From contig OZ024760.1 in NCBI GenBank assembly GCA_964016885.1, positions 33,170,001-33,234,000 on the forward strand: DNA of 64,000 bases. Reading direction: 5' to 3'. Both the position numbers and the translations under genes were made by a program. The stretch's first letter is position 1; the number at the start of each line of letters is the position of its first letter. The notes below the pieces were generated by a model that ran no database searches, was not told where the DNA came from, and saw only the letters and a program-made list of their open reading frames with translations. Source of the stretch: Eledone cirrhosa (Eukaryota). Shown in pieces: positions 12,480 to 25,380 of the stretch.

Positions 12480-15400
12480 AGCTTTACTACCAGTTAACTG
12501 AGGTAACATCCCTTATCTCAGCTGTACTACCAGTTAACTGGGGTACATCCCTTATCTCAGCTTTACTACCAGTGAACTGAGGTAAAACTCCTTATCTCAG
12601 CTTTACTACCAGTTAACTGAGGTAACACCCCTTATCTCAGCTTTACTACCAGTTAACTGAGGTAACATCCCTTATCTCAGCTTTACTACCAGTTAACTTG
12701 GGTACATCCCTTATCTCAGCTTTACTACCAGTTAACTGAGGTAACACTCCTTATCTCAGCTTTACTACCAGTTAACTGGGGTACATCCCTTATCTCAGCT
12801 TTACTACCAGTTAACTGAGGTAACACCCCTTATCTCAGCTTTACTACCAGTGAACTGAGGTAACATCCCTTATCTCAGCTTTACTACCAGTGAACTGGTC
12901 TAACACGCCCTATCTCACCTTTACTCCCAGTTATCTGGGGTACATCCCTGACCTCAACTTTACTATCAGTTAACTGAGGTAACATCCCTTACCTCAGGTT
13001 TACTACCAGTTAACTGAGGTAACATCCCTTATCTCAGCTTTACTACCAGTTAACTGAGGTAACACCCCTTATCCTAGCTTTACTCCCAGTTAACTGGGGT
13101 ACATCCCTTACCTCAACTTTACTACCAGTTAACTTGGGTACATCCCTTATCTCAGCTTTACTACCAGTTAACCGAGGTAACACCTCTTATCTCAGCTTTA
13201 CTCCCAGTTAACTGAGGTAACACTCCTTATCTCAGCTTTACTACCAGGTAAGTAAGTGAGGTAACACCCCTTACCTCAACTTTACTGCCAGTTAACTGAG
13301 GTAACACCCCTTATCTCAGCTTTACTACCAGTTAACTGAGGTAACACTCCTTACCTGAGCTTTACTACCAGTTAACTGAGGTAACACTCCTTATCTCAGC
13401 TTTACTACCAGTTAACTGAGGTAACACCCCTTATCTCAGCTTTACTCCCAGTTAACTGGGGTACATCCCTTATCTCAACTTTACTACCAGTTAACTTGGG
13501 TACATCCCTTATCTCAGCTTTACTACCAGTGAACTGAGGTAACACTCCTTACCTGAGCTTTACTACCAGTTAACTGAGGTAACATCCCTTATCTCAGCTT
13601 TACTACCAGTTAACTGAGGTAACACTCCTTACCTGAGCTTTACTACCAGTTAACTGAGGTAACACTCCTTATCTCAGCTTTACTACCAGTTAACTGAGGT
13701 AACACTCCTTATCTCAGCTTTACAACCATTTAACTGAGGTAACACCCCTTATCTCAGCTTTACTCCCAGTTAACTGGGGTGACACTCCTTATCTCAGCTT
13801 TACTACCAGGTAAGTGAGGTAACACCCCTTACCTCGGCTTTACTACCAGTTAACTGAGGTAACACCCCTTATCTCAGCTTTACTCCCAGTTAACTGGGGT
13901 ACATCCCTTATCTCAGCTTTACTACCAGTTAACTGAGGTAACACCTCTTATCTGAGCTTTACTCCCAGTTATCTGGGGTACATCCCTTACCTCAGCTTTA
14001 CTACCAGTTAACTGAGGTAACATCCCTAATCTCAGCTTTACCACCAGTTAACTGAGGTAAAAACCCCTTATCTCAGCTTTATGCCCAGTTAACTGGGGTA
14101 CATTTCCTTACCTCAAGTTTACTACCAGTTAACTTGGGTAACATCCCTTATCTCAGATTTACTACCAGTTAACTGAGGTAACATCCCTTATCTCAGATTT
14201 ACTACCAGTTAACTGAGGTAACACCCCTTATCTCAGCTTTACTACTAGTTAACTTGGGTAACACCCCTTACCTCAGCTTTACTACCAGTTAATTGGGGTA
14301 ACACCCCTTATCTCAGCTTTACTCCCAGTTAACTGAGGTAACACCCCTTACCTCAGCTTTACTACCAGTTAACTGAGGTAACACTCCTTATCTCAGCTTT
14401 ACTACCAGGTAAGTGAGGTAACACCCCTTACCTCAGCTTTACTACCAGTTAACTGAGGTAACACCCCTTATCTCAGCTTTACTACCAGTTAACTGAGGTA
14501 ACACCCCTTACCTCAGTATTACTACCAGTTAACTGATGTAACACCCCTTATCTCAGCTTTACTACCAGTGAACTGAGGTAACACCCCTTATCTCAGCTTT
14601 ACTACCAGTTAACTGAGGTAACACCCCTTACCTCAGTTTTACTACCAGTTAACTGATGTAACACTCCTTACCTGAGCTTTACTACCAGTTAACTTGGGTA
14701 CATCCCTTATCTCAGCTTTACTAACAGTTAACTGAGGTAACACCCCTTATCTCAGCTTTACTAACAGTTAACTGAGGTAACACCCCTTACCTCAGTTTTA
14801 CTACCAGTTAACTGATGTAACACCCCTTATCTCAGCTTTACTACCAGTGAACTGAGGTAACACCCCTTATCTCAGCTTTACTACCAGTTAACTGAGGTAA
14901 CACCCCTTACCTCAGTTTTACTACCAGTTAACTGATGTAACACTCCTTACCTGAGCTTTACTACCAGTTAACTTGGGTACATCCCTTATCTCAGCTTTAC
15001 TAACAGTTAACTGAGGTAACACCCCTTATCTCAGCTTTACTAACAGTTAACTGAGGTAACACCCCTTACCTCAGTTTTACTACCAGTTAACTGATGTAAC
15101 ACCCCTTATCTCAGCTTTACTACCAGTGAACTGAGGTAACACCCCTTATCTCAGCTTTACTACCAGTTAATTGAGGTAACACTCCTTATCTCAGCTTTAC
15201 TACCAGTTAACTGAGGTAACACTCCTTATCTCAGCTTTACTACCAGTGAACTGAGGTAACACCCCTTATCTCAGCTTTACTACCAGTTAACTGAGGTAAC
15301 ACCCCTTATCTCAGCTTTACTACCAGTTAACTGAGGTAACACCCCTTATCTCAGCTTTACTCCCAGTTAACTGGGGTGCATCCCTTACCCCAACTTTACT

Positions 15401-18400
15401 ACCATTTAACTTGGGTACATCACTTATCTCAGCCTTACTACCAGTTAACTGAGGTAACACCCCTTATCTCAGCTTTACTCCCAGTTAACTGGGGTACATC
15501 CCTTACCTCAACTTTACTACCAGTTAACTTGGGTACATCTCTTATCTCAGCTTTACTACCAGTTAACTGAGGTAACACCCCTTATCTCAGCTTTACTCCC
15601 AGTTAACTGGGGTACATCCCTTATCTCAGCTTTACTACCAGTTAACTGAGGTAACACCTCTTATCTCAGCTTTTCTCCCAGTTATCTGGGGTACAACCCT
15701 TACCTCAGCTTTACTACCAGTTAACTGAGGTAACATCCCTAATCTCAGCTTTACTACCAGTTAACTGAGGTAACACCCCTTATCTCAGCTTTACTCCCAG
15801 TTAACTGGGGTACATTTCCTTACCTCAACCTTACTACCAGTTAACTTGGGTACAGCCCTTATCTCAGATTTACTACCAGTTAACTGAGGTAACACCCCTT
15901 ACCTCAGCTTTACTACCAGTTAACTGGGGTAACACCCCTTATCTCAGCTTTACTCCCAGTTAACTGAGGTAACACCCCTTACCTCAGCTTTACTACCAGT
16001 TAACTGAGGTGACACTCCTTATCTCAGCTTTACTACCAGGTAAGTGAGGTAACACCCCTTACCTCGGCTTTACTACCAGTTAACTGAGGTAACACCCCTT
16101 ATCTCAGCTTTACTACCAGTTAACTGAGGTAACACTTCTTATCTCAGCTTTACTACCAGTGAACTGAGGTAACATCCCTTATCTCAGCTTTACTCCCAGT
16201 TAACTGAGGTAACACCCCTTACCTCAACTTTACTACCAGTTAACTGGGGTACATCCCTTATCTCAGCGTTACTACCAGTTAACAGAGGCAACTTCCCTAA
16301 TCTCTGCTTTACTACCAGTTAACTGAGGTAACACCCCTTATCTCAGCTTTACTACCAGTTAACTGAGGTAACACTTCTTATCTCAGCTTTACTACCATTT
16401 AACTAGGGTAACATCCCTTATCTCAGCTTTACTACCAGTTAACTGAGGTAACACTCCTTATCTCAGCTTTACTACCAGTTAACTGAGGTAACATCCCTTA
16501 TCTCAGCTTTACTACCAGTTAACTGAGGTAACACCCCTTATCTCAGCTTTACTACCAATTAACTGAGGTAACATCCCTTATCTCAGCTTTACTACCAGTT
16601 AACTGAGGTAACACTCCTTATCTCAGCTTTACTACCAGTTAACTGAGGTAACACCCCTTATCTCAGCTTTACTACCAGTTAACTGAGGTAACACCCCTTA
16701 TCTCAGCTTTACTACCAGTTAACTGAGGTAACACCCCTTATCTCAGCTTTAATACCAGTGAACTGAGGTAACACCCCTTATCTCAGCTTTACTACCAGTT
16801 AACTGAGGTAACATACTTACCTCAACTTTACTACCAGTTAACTGAGGTAACACCCCTTATCTCAGCTTTACTACCAGTGAACTGAGGTAACACTCCTTAT
16901 CTCAGCTTTGCTACCAGTTAACTGAGGTAACACCCCTTATCTCAGCTTTACTCCCAGTTAACTGGGGTGCATCCCTTACCTCAACTTTACTACCAGTTAA
17001 CTTGGGTAACACCCCTTATCTCAGCTTTACTCCCAGTTAACTGGGGTACATCCCTTACCTCAACTTTACTACCAGTTAACTTTGGTACATCCCTTATCTC
17101 AGCTTTACTACCAGTTAACTGAGGTAACACCCCATATCTCAGCTTTACTCCCAGTTAACTGGGGTGCATCCCTTACCTCAACTTTACTACCAGTTAACTT
17201 GGGTAACACCCCTTATCTCAGCTTTACTCCCAGTTAACTGGGGTACATCCCTTACCTCAACTTTACTACCAGTTAACTTGGGTACATCCCTTATCTCAGC
17301 TTTACTACCATTTAACTGAGGTAACACCCCTTATCTCAGCTTTACTCCCAGTTAACTGGGGTACATCCCTTATCTCAGCTTTACTACCAGTTAACTGAGG
17401 TAACACCTCTTATCTCAGCTTTACTCCCAGTTATCTGGGGTACATCCCTTATCTCAGCTTTACTACCAGTTAACTGAGGTAACACCCCTTATCTCAGCTT
17501 TACTCCCAGTTAACTGGGGTACATCCCTTACCTCAACTTTACTACCAGTTAACTTGGGTACATCCCTTATCTCAGCTTTACTACCAGTTAACTGAGGTAA
17601 CACCCCTTATCTCAGCTTTACTACCAGTTAACTGAGGTAACACTTCTTATCTCAGCTTTACTACCAGTTAACTGAGGTAACACCCCTTATCTCAGCTTTA
17701 CTACCAGTTAACTGAGGTAACACACCTTATCTCAGCTTTACTACCAGTTAACTGAGGTAACACTCCTTATCTCAGCTTTACTACCATTTAACTAGGGTAA
17801 CATCTTTTATCTCAGCTTTACTACCAGTTAACTGAGGTAATACCCCTTATCTCAGCTTTACTACCAGTTAACTGAGGTAACACCCCTTATCTCAGCTTTA
17901 CTCCCAGTTAACTGGGGTACATCCCTTACCTCAGCTTTACTACCAGTTAACTGAGGTATCATCCCTTATCTCAGCTTTACTACCAGTTAACTTGGGTACA
18001 TCCCTTATCTCAGCATTACTACCAGTGAACTGAGGTAAAACTCCTTATCTCAGCTTTACTGCCAGTTAACTGAGGTAACACTCCTTATCTCAGCTTTACT
18101 ACCAGTTAACTGAGGTAACATCCCTTATCTCAGCTGTACTACCAGTTAACTGGGGTACATCCCTTATCTCAGCTTTACTACCAGTGAACTGAGGTAAAAC
18201 TCCTTATCTCAGCTTTACTACCAGTTACCTGAGGTAACACCCCTTATCTCAACTTTACTACCAGTTAACTGAGGTAACACCCCTTATCTCAGCTTTACTA
18301 CCAGTGAACTGAGGTAACACTCCTTATCTCAGCTTTGCTACCAGTTAACTGAGGTAACACCCCTTATCTCAGCTTTACTCCCAGTTAACTGGGGTGCATC

Positions 18401-21400
18401 CCTTACCTCAACTTTACTACCAGTTAACTTGGGTAACACCCCTTATCTCAGCTTTACTCCCAGTTAACTGGGGTACATCCCTTACCTCAACTTTACTACC
18501 AGTTAACTTTGGTACATCCCTTATCTCAGCTTTACTACCAGTTAACTGAGGTAACACCCCATATCTCAGCTTTACTCCCAGTTAACTGGGGTGCATCCCT
18601 TACCTCAACTTTACTACCAGTTAACTTGGGTAACACCCCTTATCTCAGCTTTACTCCCAGTTAACTGGGGTACATCCCTTACCTCAACTTTACTACCAGT
18701 TAACTTGGGTACATCCCTTATCTCAGCTTTACTACCATTTAACTGAGGTAACACCCCTTATCTCAGCTTTACTCCCAGTTAACTGGGGTACATCCCTTAT
18801 CTCAGCTTTACTACCAGTTAACTGAGGTAACACCTCTTATCTCAGCTTTACTCCCAGTTATCTGGGGTACATCCCTTATCTCAGCTTTACTACCAGTTAA
18901 CTGAGGTAACACCCCTTATCTCAGCTTTACTCCCAGTTAACTGGGGTACATCCCTTACCTCAACTTTACTACCAGTTAACTTGGGTACATCCCTTATCTC
19001 AGCTTTACTACCAGTTAACTGAGGTAACACCCCTTATCTCAGCTTTACTACCAGTTAACTGAGGTAACACTTCTTATCTCAGCTTTACTACCAGTTAACT
19101 GAGGTAACACCCCTTATCTCAGCTTTACTACCAGTTAACTGAGGTAACACACCTTATCTCAGCTTTACTACCAGTTAACTGAGGTAACACTCCTTATCTC
19201 AGCTTTACTACCATTTAACTAGGGTAACATCTTTTATCTCAGCTTTACTACCAGTTAACTGAGGTAATACCCCTTATCTCAGCTTTACTACCAGTTAACT
19301 GAGGTAACACCCCTTATCTCAGCTTTACTCCCAGTTAACTGGGGTACATCCCTTACCTCAGCTTTACTACCAGTTAACTGAGGTATCATCCCTTATCTCA
19401 GCTTTACTACCAGTTAACTTGGGTACATCCCTTATCTCAGCATTACTACCAGTGAACTGAGGTAAAACTCCTTATCTCAGCTTTACTGCCAGTTAACTGA
19501 GGTAACACTCCTTATCTCAGCTTTACTACCAGTTAACTGAGGTAACATCCCTTATCTCAGCTGTACTACCAGTTAACTGGGGTACATCCCTTATCTCAGC
19601 TTTACTACCAGTGAACTGAGGTAAAACTCCTTATCTCAGCTTTACTACCAGTTACCTGAGGTAACACCCCTTATCTCAGCTTTACTACCAGTTAACTGAG
19701 GTAACATCCCTTATCTCAGCTTTACTACCAGTTAACTTGGGTACATCCCTTATCTCAGCTTTACTACCAGTTAACTGAGGTAACACTCCTTATCTCAGCT
19801 TTACTACCAGTTAACTGGGGTACATCCCTTATCTCAGCTTTACTACCAGTTAACTGAGGTAACACCCCTTATCTCAGCTTTACTACCAGTGAACTGAGGT
19901 AACATCCCTTATCTCAGCTTTACTACCAGTGAACTGGTCTAACACGCCCTATCTCACCTTTACTCCCAGTTATCTGGCGTACATCCCTGACCTCAACTTT
20001 ACTATCAGTTAAATGAGGTAACATCCCTTACCTCAGGTTTACTACCAGTTAACTGAGGTAACATCCCTTATCTCAGCTTTACTACCAGTTAACTGAGGTA
20101 ACACCCCTTATCCTAGCTTTACTCCCAGTTAACTGGGGTACATCCCTTACCTCAACTTTACTACCAGTTAACTTGGGTACATCCCTTATCTCAGCTTTAC
20201 TACCAGTTAACCGAGGTAACACCTCTTATCTCAGCTTTACTCCCAGTTAACTGAGGTAACACTCCTTATCTCAGCTTTACTACCAGGTAAGTAAGTGAGG
20301 TAACACCCCTTACCTCAACTTTACTGCCAGTTAACTGAGGTAACACCCCTTATCTCAGCTTTACTACCAGTTAACTGAGGTAACACTCCTTACCTGAGCT
20401 TTACTACCAGTTAACTGAGGTAACACTCCTTATCTCAGCTTTACTACCAGTTAACTGAGGTAACACCCCTTATCTCAGCTTTACTCCCAGTTAACTGGGG
20501 TACATCCCTTATCTCAACTTTACTACCAGTTAACTTGGGTACATCCCTTATCTCAGCTTTACTACCAGTGAACTGAGGTAACACTCCTTACCTGAGCTTT
20601 ACTACCAGTTAACTGAGGTAACATCCCTTATCTCAGCTTTACTACCAGTTAACTGAGGTAACACTCCTTACCTGAGCTTTACTACCAGTTAACTGAGGTA
20701 ACACTCCTTATCTCAGCTTTACTACCAGTTAACTGAGGTAACACTCCTTATCTCAGCTTTACAACCAGTTAACTGAGGTAACACCCCTTATCTCAGCTTT
20801 ACTCCCAGTTAACTGGGGTGACACTCCTTATCTCAGCTTTACTACCAGGTAAGTGAGGTAACACCCCTTACCTCGGCTTTACTACCAGTTAACTGAGGTA
20901 ACACCCCTTATCTCAGCTTTACTCCCAGTTAACTGGGGTACATCCCTTATCTCAGCTTTACTACCAGTTAACTGAGGTAACACCTCTTATCTGAGCTTTA
21001 CTCCCAGTTATCTGGGGTACATCCCTTACCTCAGCTTTACTACCAGTTAACTGAGGTAACATCCCTAATCTCAGCTTTACCACCAGTTAACTGAGGTAAA
21101 AACCCCTTATCTCAGCTTTATGCCCAGTTAACTGGGGTACATTTCCTTACCTCAAGTTTACTACCAGTTAACTTGGGTAACATCCCTTATCTCAGATTTA
21201 CTACCAGTTAACTGAGGTAACATCCCTTATCTCAGATTTACTACCAGTTAACTGAGGTAACACCCCTTATCTCAGCTTTACTACTAGTTAACTTGGGTAA
21301 CACCCCTTACCTCAGCTTTACTACCAGTTAATTGGGGTAACACCCCTTATCTCAGCTTTACTCCCAGTTAACTGAGGTAACACCCCTTACCTCAGCTTTA

Positions 21401-24400
21401 CTACCAGTTAACTGAGGTAACACTCCTTATCTCAGCTTTACTACCAGGTAAGTGAGGTAACACCCCTTACCTCAGCTTTACTACCAGTTAACTGAGGTAA
21501 CACCCCTTATCTCAGCTTTACTACCAGTTAACTGAGGTAACACCCCTTACCTCAGTTTTACTACCAGTTAACTGATGTAACACCCCTTATCTCAGCTTTA
21601 CTACCAGTGAACTGAGGTAACACCCCTTATCTCAGCTTTACTACCAGTTAACTGAGGTAACACCCCTTACCTCAGTTTTACTACCAGTTAACTGATGTAA
21701 CACTCCTTACCTGAGCTTTACTACCAGTTAACTTGGGTACATCCCTTATCTCAGCTTTACTAACAGTTAACTGAGGTAACACCCCTTATCTCAGCTTTAC
21801 TAACAGTTAACTGAGGTAACACCCCTTACCTCAGTTTTACTACCAGTTAACTGATGTAACACCCCTTATCTCAGCTTTACTACCAGTGAACTGAGGTAAC
21901 ACCCCTTATCTCAGCTTTACTACCAGTTAACTGAGGTAACACCCCTTACCTCAGTTTTACTACCAGTTAACTGATGTAACACTCCTTACCTGAGCTTTAC
22001 TACCAGTTAACTTGGGTACATCCCTTATCTCAGCTTTACTAACAGTTAACTGAGGTAACACCCCTTATCTCAGCTTTACTAACAGTTAACTGAGGTAACA
22101 CCCCTTACCTCAGTTTTACTACCAGTTAACTGATGTAACACCCCTTATCTCAGCTTTACTACCAGTGAACTGAGGTAACACCCCTTATCTCAGCTTTACT
22201 ACCAGTTAATTGAGGTAACACTCCTTATCTCAGCTTTACTACCAGTTAACTGAGGTAACACTCCTTATCTCAGCTTTACTACCAGTGAACTGAGGTAACA
22301 CCCCTTATCTCAGCTTTACTACCAGTTAACTGAGGTAACACCCCTTATCTCAGCTTTACTACCAGTTAACTGAGGTAACACCCCTTATCTCAGCTTTACT
22401 CCCAGTTAACTGGGGTGCATCCCTTACCCCAACTTTACTACCATTTAACTTGGGTACATCACTTATCTCAGCCTTACTACCAGTTAACTGAGGTAACACC
22501 CCTTATCTCAGCTTTACTCCCAGTTAACTGGGGTACATCCCTTACCTCAACTTTACTACCAGTTAACTTGGGTACATCTCTTATCTCAGCTTTACTACCA
22601 GTTAACTGAGGTAACACCCCTTATCTCAGCTTTACTCCCAGTTAACTGGGGTACATCCCTTATCTCAGCTTTACTACCAGTTAACTGAGGTAACACCTCT
22701 TATCTCAGCTTTTCTCCCAGTTATCTGGGGTACAACCCTTACCTCAGCTTTACTACCAGTTAACTGAGGTAACATCCCTAATCTCAGCTTTACTACCAGT
22801 TAACTGAGGTAACACCCCTTATCTCAGCTTTACTCCCAGTTAACTGGGGTACATTTCCTTACCTCAACCTTACTACCAGTTAACTTGGGTACAGCCCTTA
22901 TCTCAGATTTACTACCAGTTAACTGAGGTAACACCCCTTACCTCAGCTTTACTACCAGTTAACTGGGGTAACACCCCTTATCTCAGCTTTACTCCCAGTT
23001 AACTGAGGTAACACCCCTTACCTCAGCTTTACTACCAGTTAACTGAGGTGACACTCCTTATCTCAGCTTTACTACCAGGTAAGTGAGGTAACACCCCTTA
23101 CCTCGACTTTACTACCAGTTAACTGAGGTAACACCCCTTATCTCAGCTTTACTACCAGTTAACTGAGGTAACACTTCTTATCTCAGCTTTACTACCAGTG
23201 AACTGAGGTAACATCCCTTATCTCAGCTTTACTCCCAGTTAACTGAGGTAACACCCCTTACCTCAACTTTACTACCAGTTAACTGAGGTAACACTCCTTA
23301 TCTCAGCTTTACTACCAGGTAAGTGAGGTAACACCCCTTACCTCAGCTTTACTACCAGTTAACTGAGGTAACACCCCTTATCTCAGCTTTACTACCAGTT
23401 AACTGAGGTAACACTTCTTATCTCAGCTTTACTACCATTTAACTAGGGTAACATCCCTTATCTCAGCTTTACTACCAGTTAACTGAGGTAACACCCCTTA
23501 TCTCAGCTTTACTCCCAGTTAACTGGGGTACATCCCTTATCTCAGCGTTACTACCAGTTAACAGAGGCAACTTCCCTAATCTCTGCTTTACTACCAGTTA
23601 ACTGAGGTAACACCCCTTATCTCAGCTTTACTACCAGTTAACTGAGGTAACACTTCTTATCTCAGCTTTACTACCATTTAACTAGGGTCACATCCCTTAT
23701 CTCAGCTTTACTACCAGTTAACTGAGGTAACACTCCTTATCTCAGCTTTACTACCAGTTAACTGAGGTAACATCCCTTATCTCAGCTTTACTACCAGTTA
23801 ACTGAGGTAACACCCCTTATCTCAGCTTTACTACCAATTAACTGAGGTAACATCCCTTATCTCAGCTTTACTACCAGTTAACTGAGGTAACACTCCTTAT
23901 CTCAGCTTTACTACCAGTTAACTGAGGTAACACCCCTTATCTCAGCTTTACTACCAGTTAACTGAGGTAACACCCCTTATCTCAGCTTTACTACCAGTTA
24001 ACTGAGGTAACACCCCTTATCTCAGCTTTAATACCAGTGAACTGAGGTAACACCCCTTATCTCAGCTTTACTACCAGTTAACTGAGGTAACATACTTACC
24101 TCAACTTTACTACCAGTTAACTGAGGTAACACCCCTTATCTCAGCTTTACTACCAGTGAACTGAGGTAACACTCCTTATCTCAGCTTTGCTACCAGTTAA
24201 CTGAGGTAACACCCCTTATCTCAGCTTTACTCCCAGTTAACTGGGGTGCATCCCTTACCTCAACTTTACTACCAGTTAACTTGGGTAACACCCCTTATCT
24301 CAGCTTTACTCCCAGTTAACTGGGGTACATCCCTTACCTCAACTTTACTACCAGTTAACTTTGGTACATCCCTTATCTCAGCTTTACTACCAGTTAACTG

Positions 24401-25380
24401 AGGTAACACCCCATATCTCAGCTTTACTCCCAGTTAACTGGGGTGCATCCCTTACCTCAACTTTACTACCAGTTAACTTGGGTAACACCCCTTATCTCAG
24501 CTTTACTCCCAGTTAACTGGGGTACATCCCTTACCTCAACTTTACTACCAGTTAACTTGGGTACATCCCTTATCTCAGCTTTACTACCATTTAACTGAGG
24601 TAACACCCCTTATCTCAGCTTTACTCCCAGTTAACTGGGGTACATCCCTTATCTCAGCTTTACTACCAGTTAACTGAGGTAACACCTCTTATCTCAGCTT
24701 TACTCCCAGTTATCTGGGGTACATCCCTTATCTCAGCTTTACTACCAGTTAACTGAGGTAACACCCCTTATCTCAGCTTTACTCCCAGTTAACTGGGGTA
24801 CATCCCTTACCTCAACTTTACTACCAGTTAACTTGGGTACATCCCTTATCTCAGCTTTACTACCAGTTAACTGAGGTAACACCCCTTATCTCAGCTTTAC
24901 TACCAGTTAACTGAGGTAACACTTCTTATCTCAGCTTTACTACCAGTTAACTGAGGTAACACCCCTTATCTCAGCTTTACTACCAGTTAACTGAGGTAAC
25001 ACACCTTATCTCAGCTTTACTACCAGTTAACTGAGGTAACACTCCTTATCTCAGCTTTACTACCATTTAACTAGGGTAACATCTTTTATCTCAGCTTTAC
25101 TACCAGTTAACTGAGGTAATACCCCTTATCTCAGCTTTACTACCAGTTAACTGAGGTAACACCCCTTATCTCAGCTTTACTCCCAGTTAACTGGGGTACA
25201 TCCCTTACCTCAGCTTTACTACCAGTTAACTGAGGTATCATCCCTTATCTCAGCTTTACTACCAGTTAACTTGGGTACATCCCTTATCTCAGCATTACTA
25301 CCAGTGAACTGAGGTAAAACTCCTTATCTCAGCTTTACTGCCAGTTAACTGAGGTAACACTCCTTATCTCAGCTTTACTA
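12480..25380 (+). repeat. Large near-identical tandem duplication, offset 7039 bp (7279 bp after a 240-bp indel)
   Basis: CTGTACT 12522/19561; GAACTGGTCTAACACGCCC 12892/19931; CAGGTAAGTAAG 13245/20284; identical 64-aa ORFs at 15376/22415; TCTCAGCGTT 16261/23540; TTTGGTACAT 17081/24360. Confidence 0.9.
16830..19680 (+). repeat. Nested tandem duplication, 1427-bp unit, 2 copies
   Basis: TTTGGTACAT 17081/18508; CATTACTACCAGTGAACTGAGGTAAAAC 18014/19441; CTGTACT 18134/19561. Confidence 0.88.
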
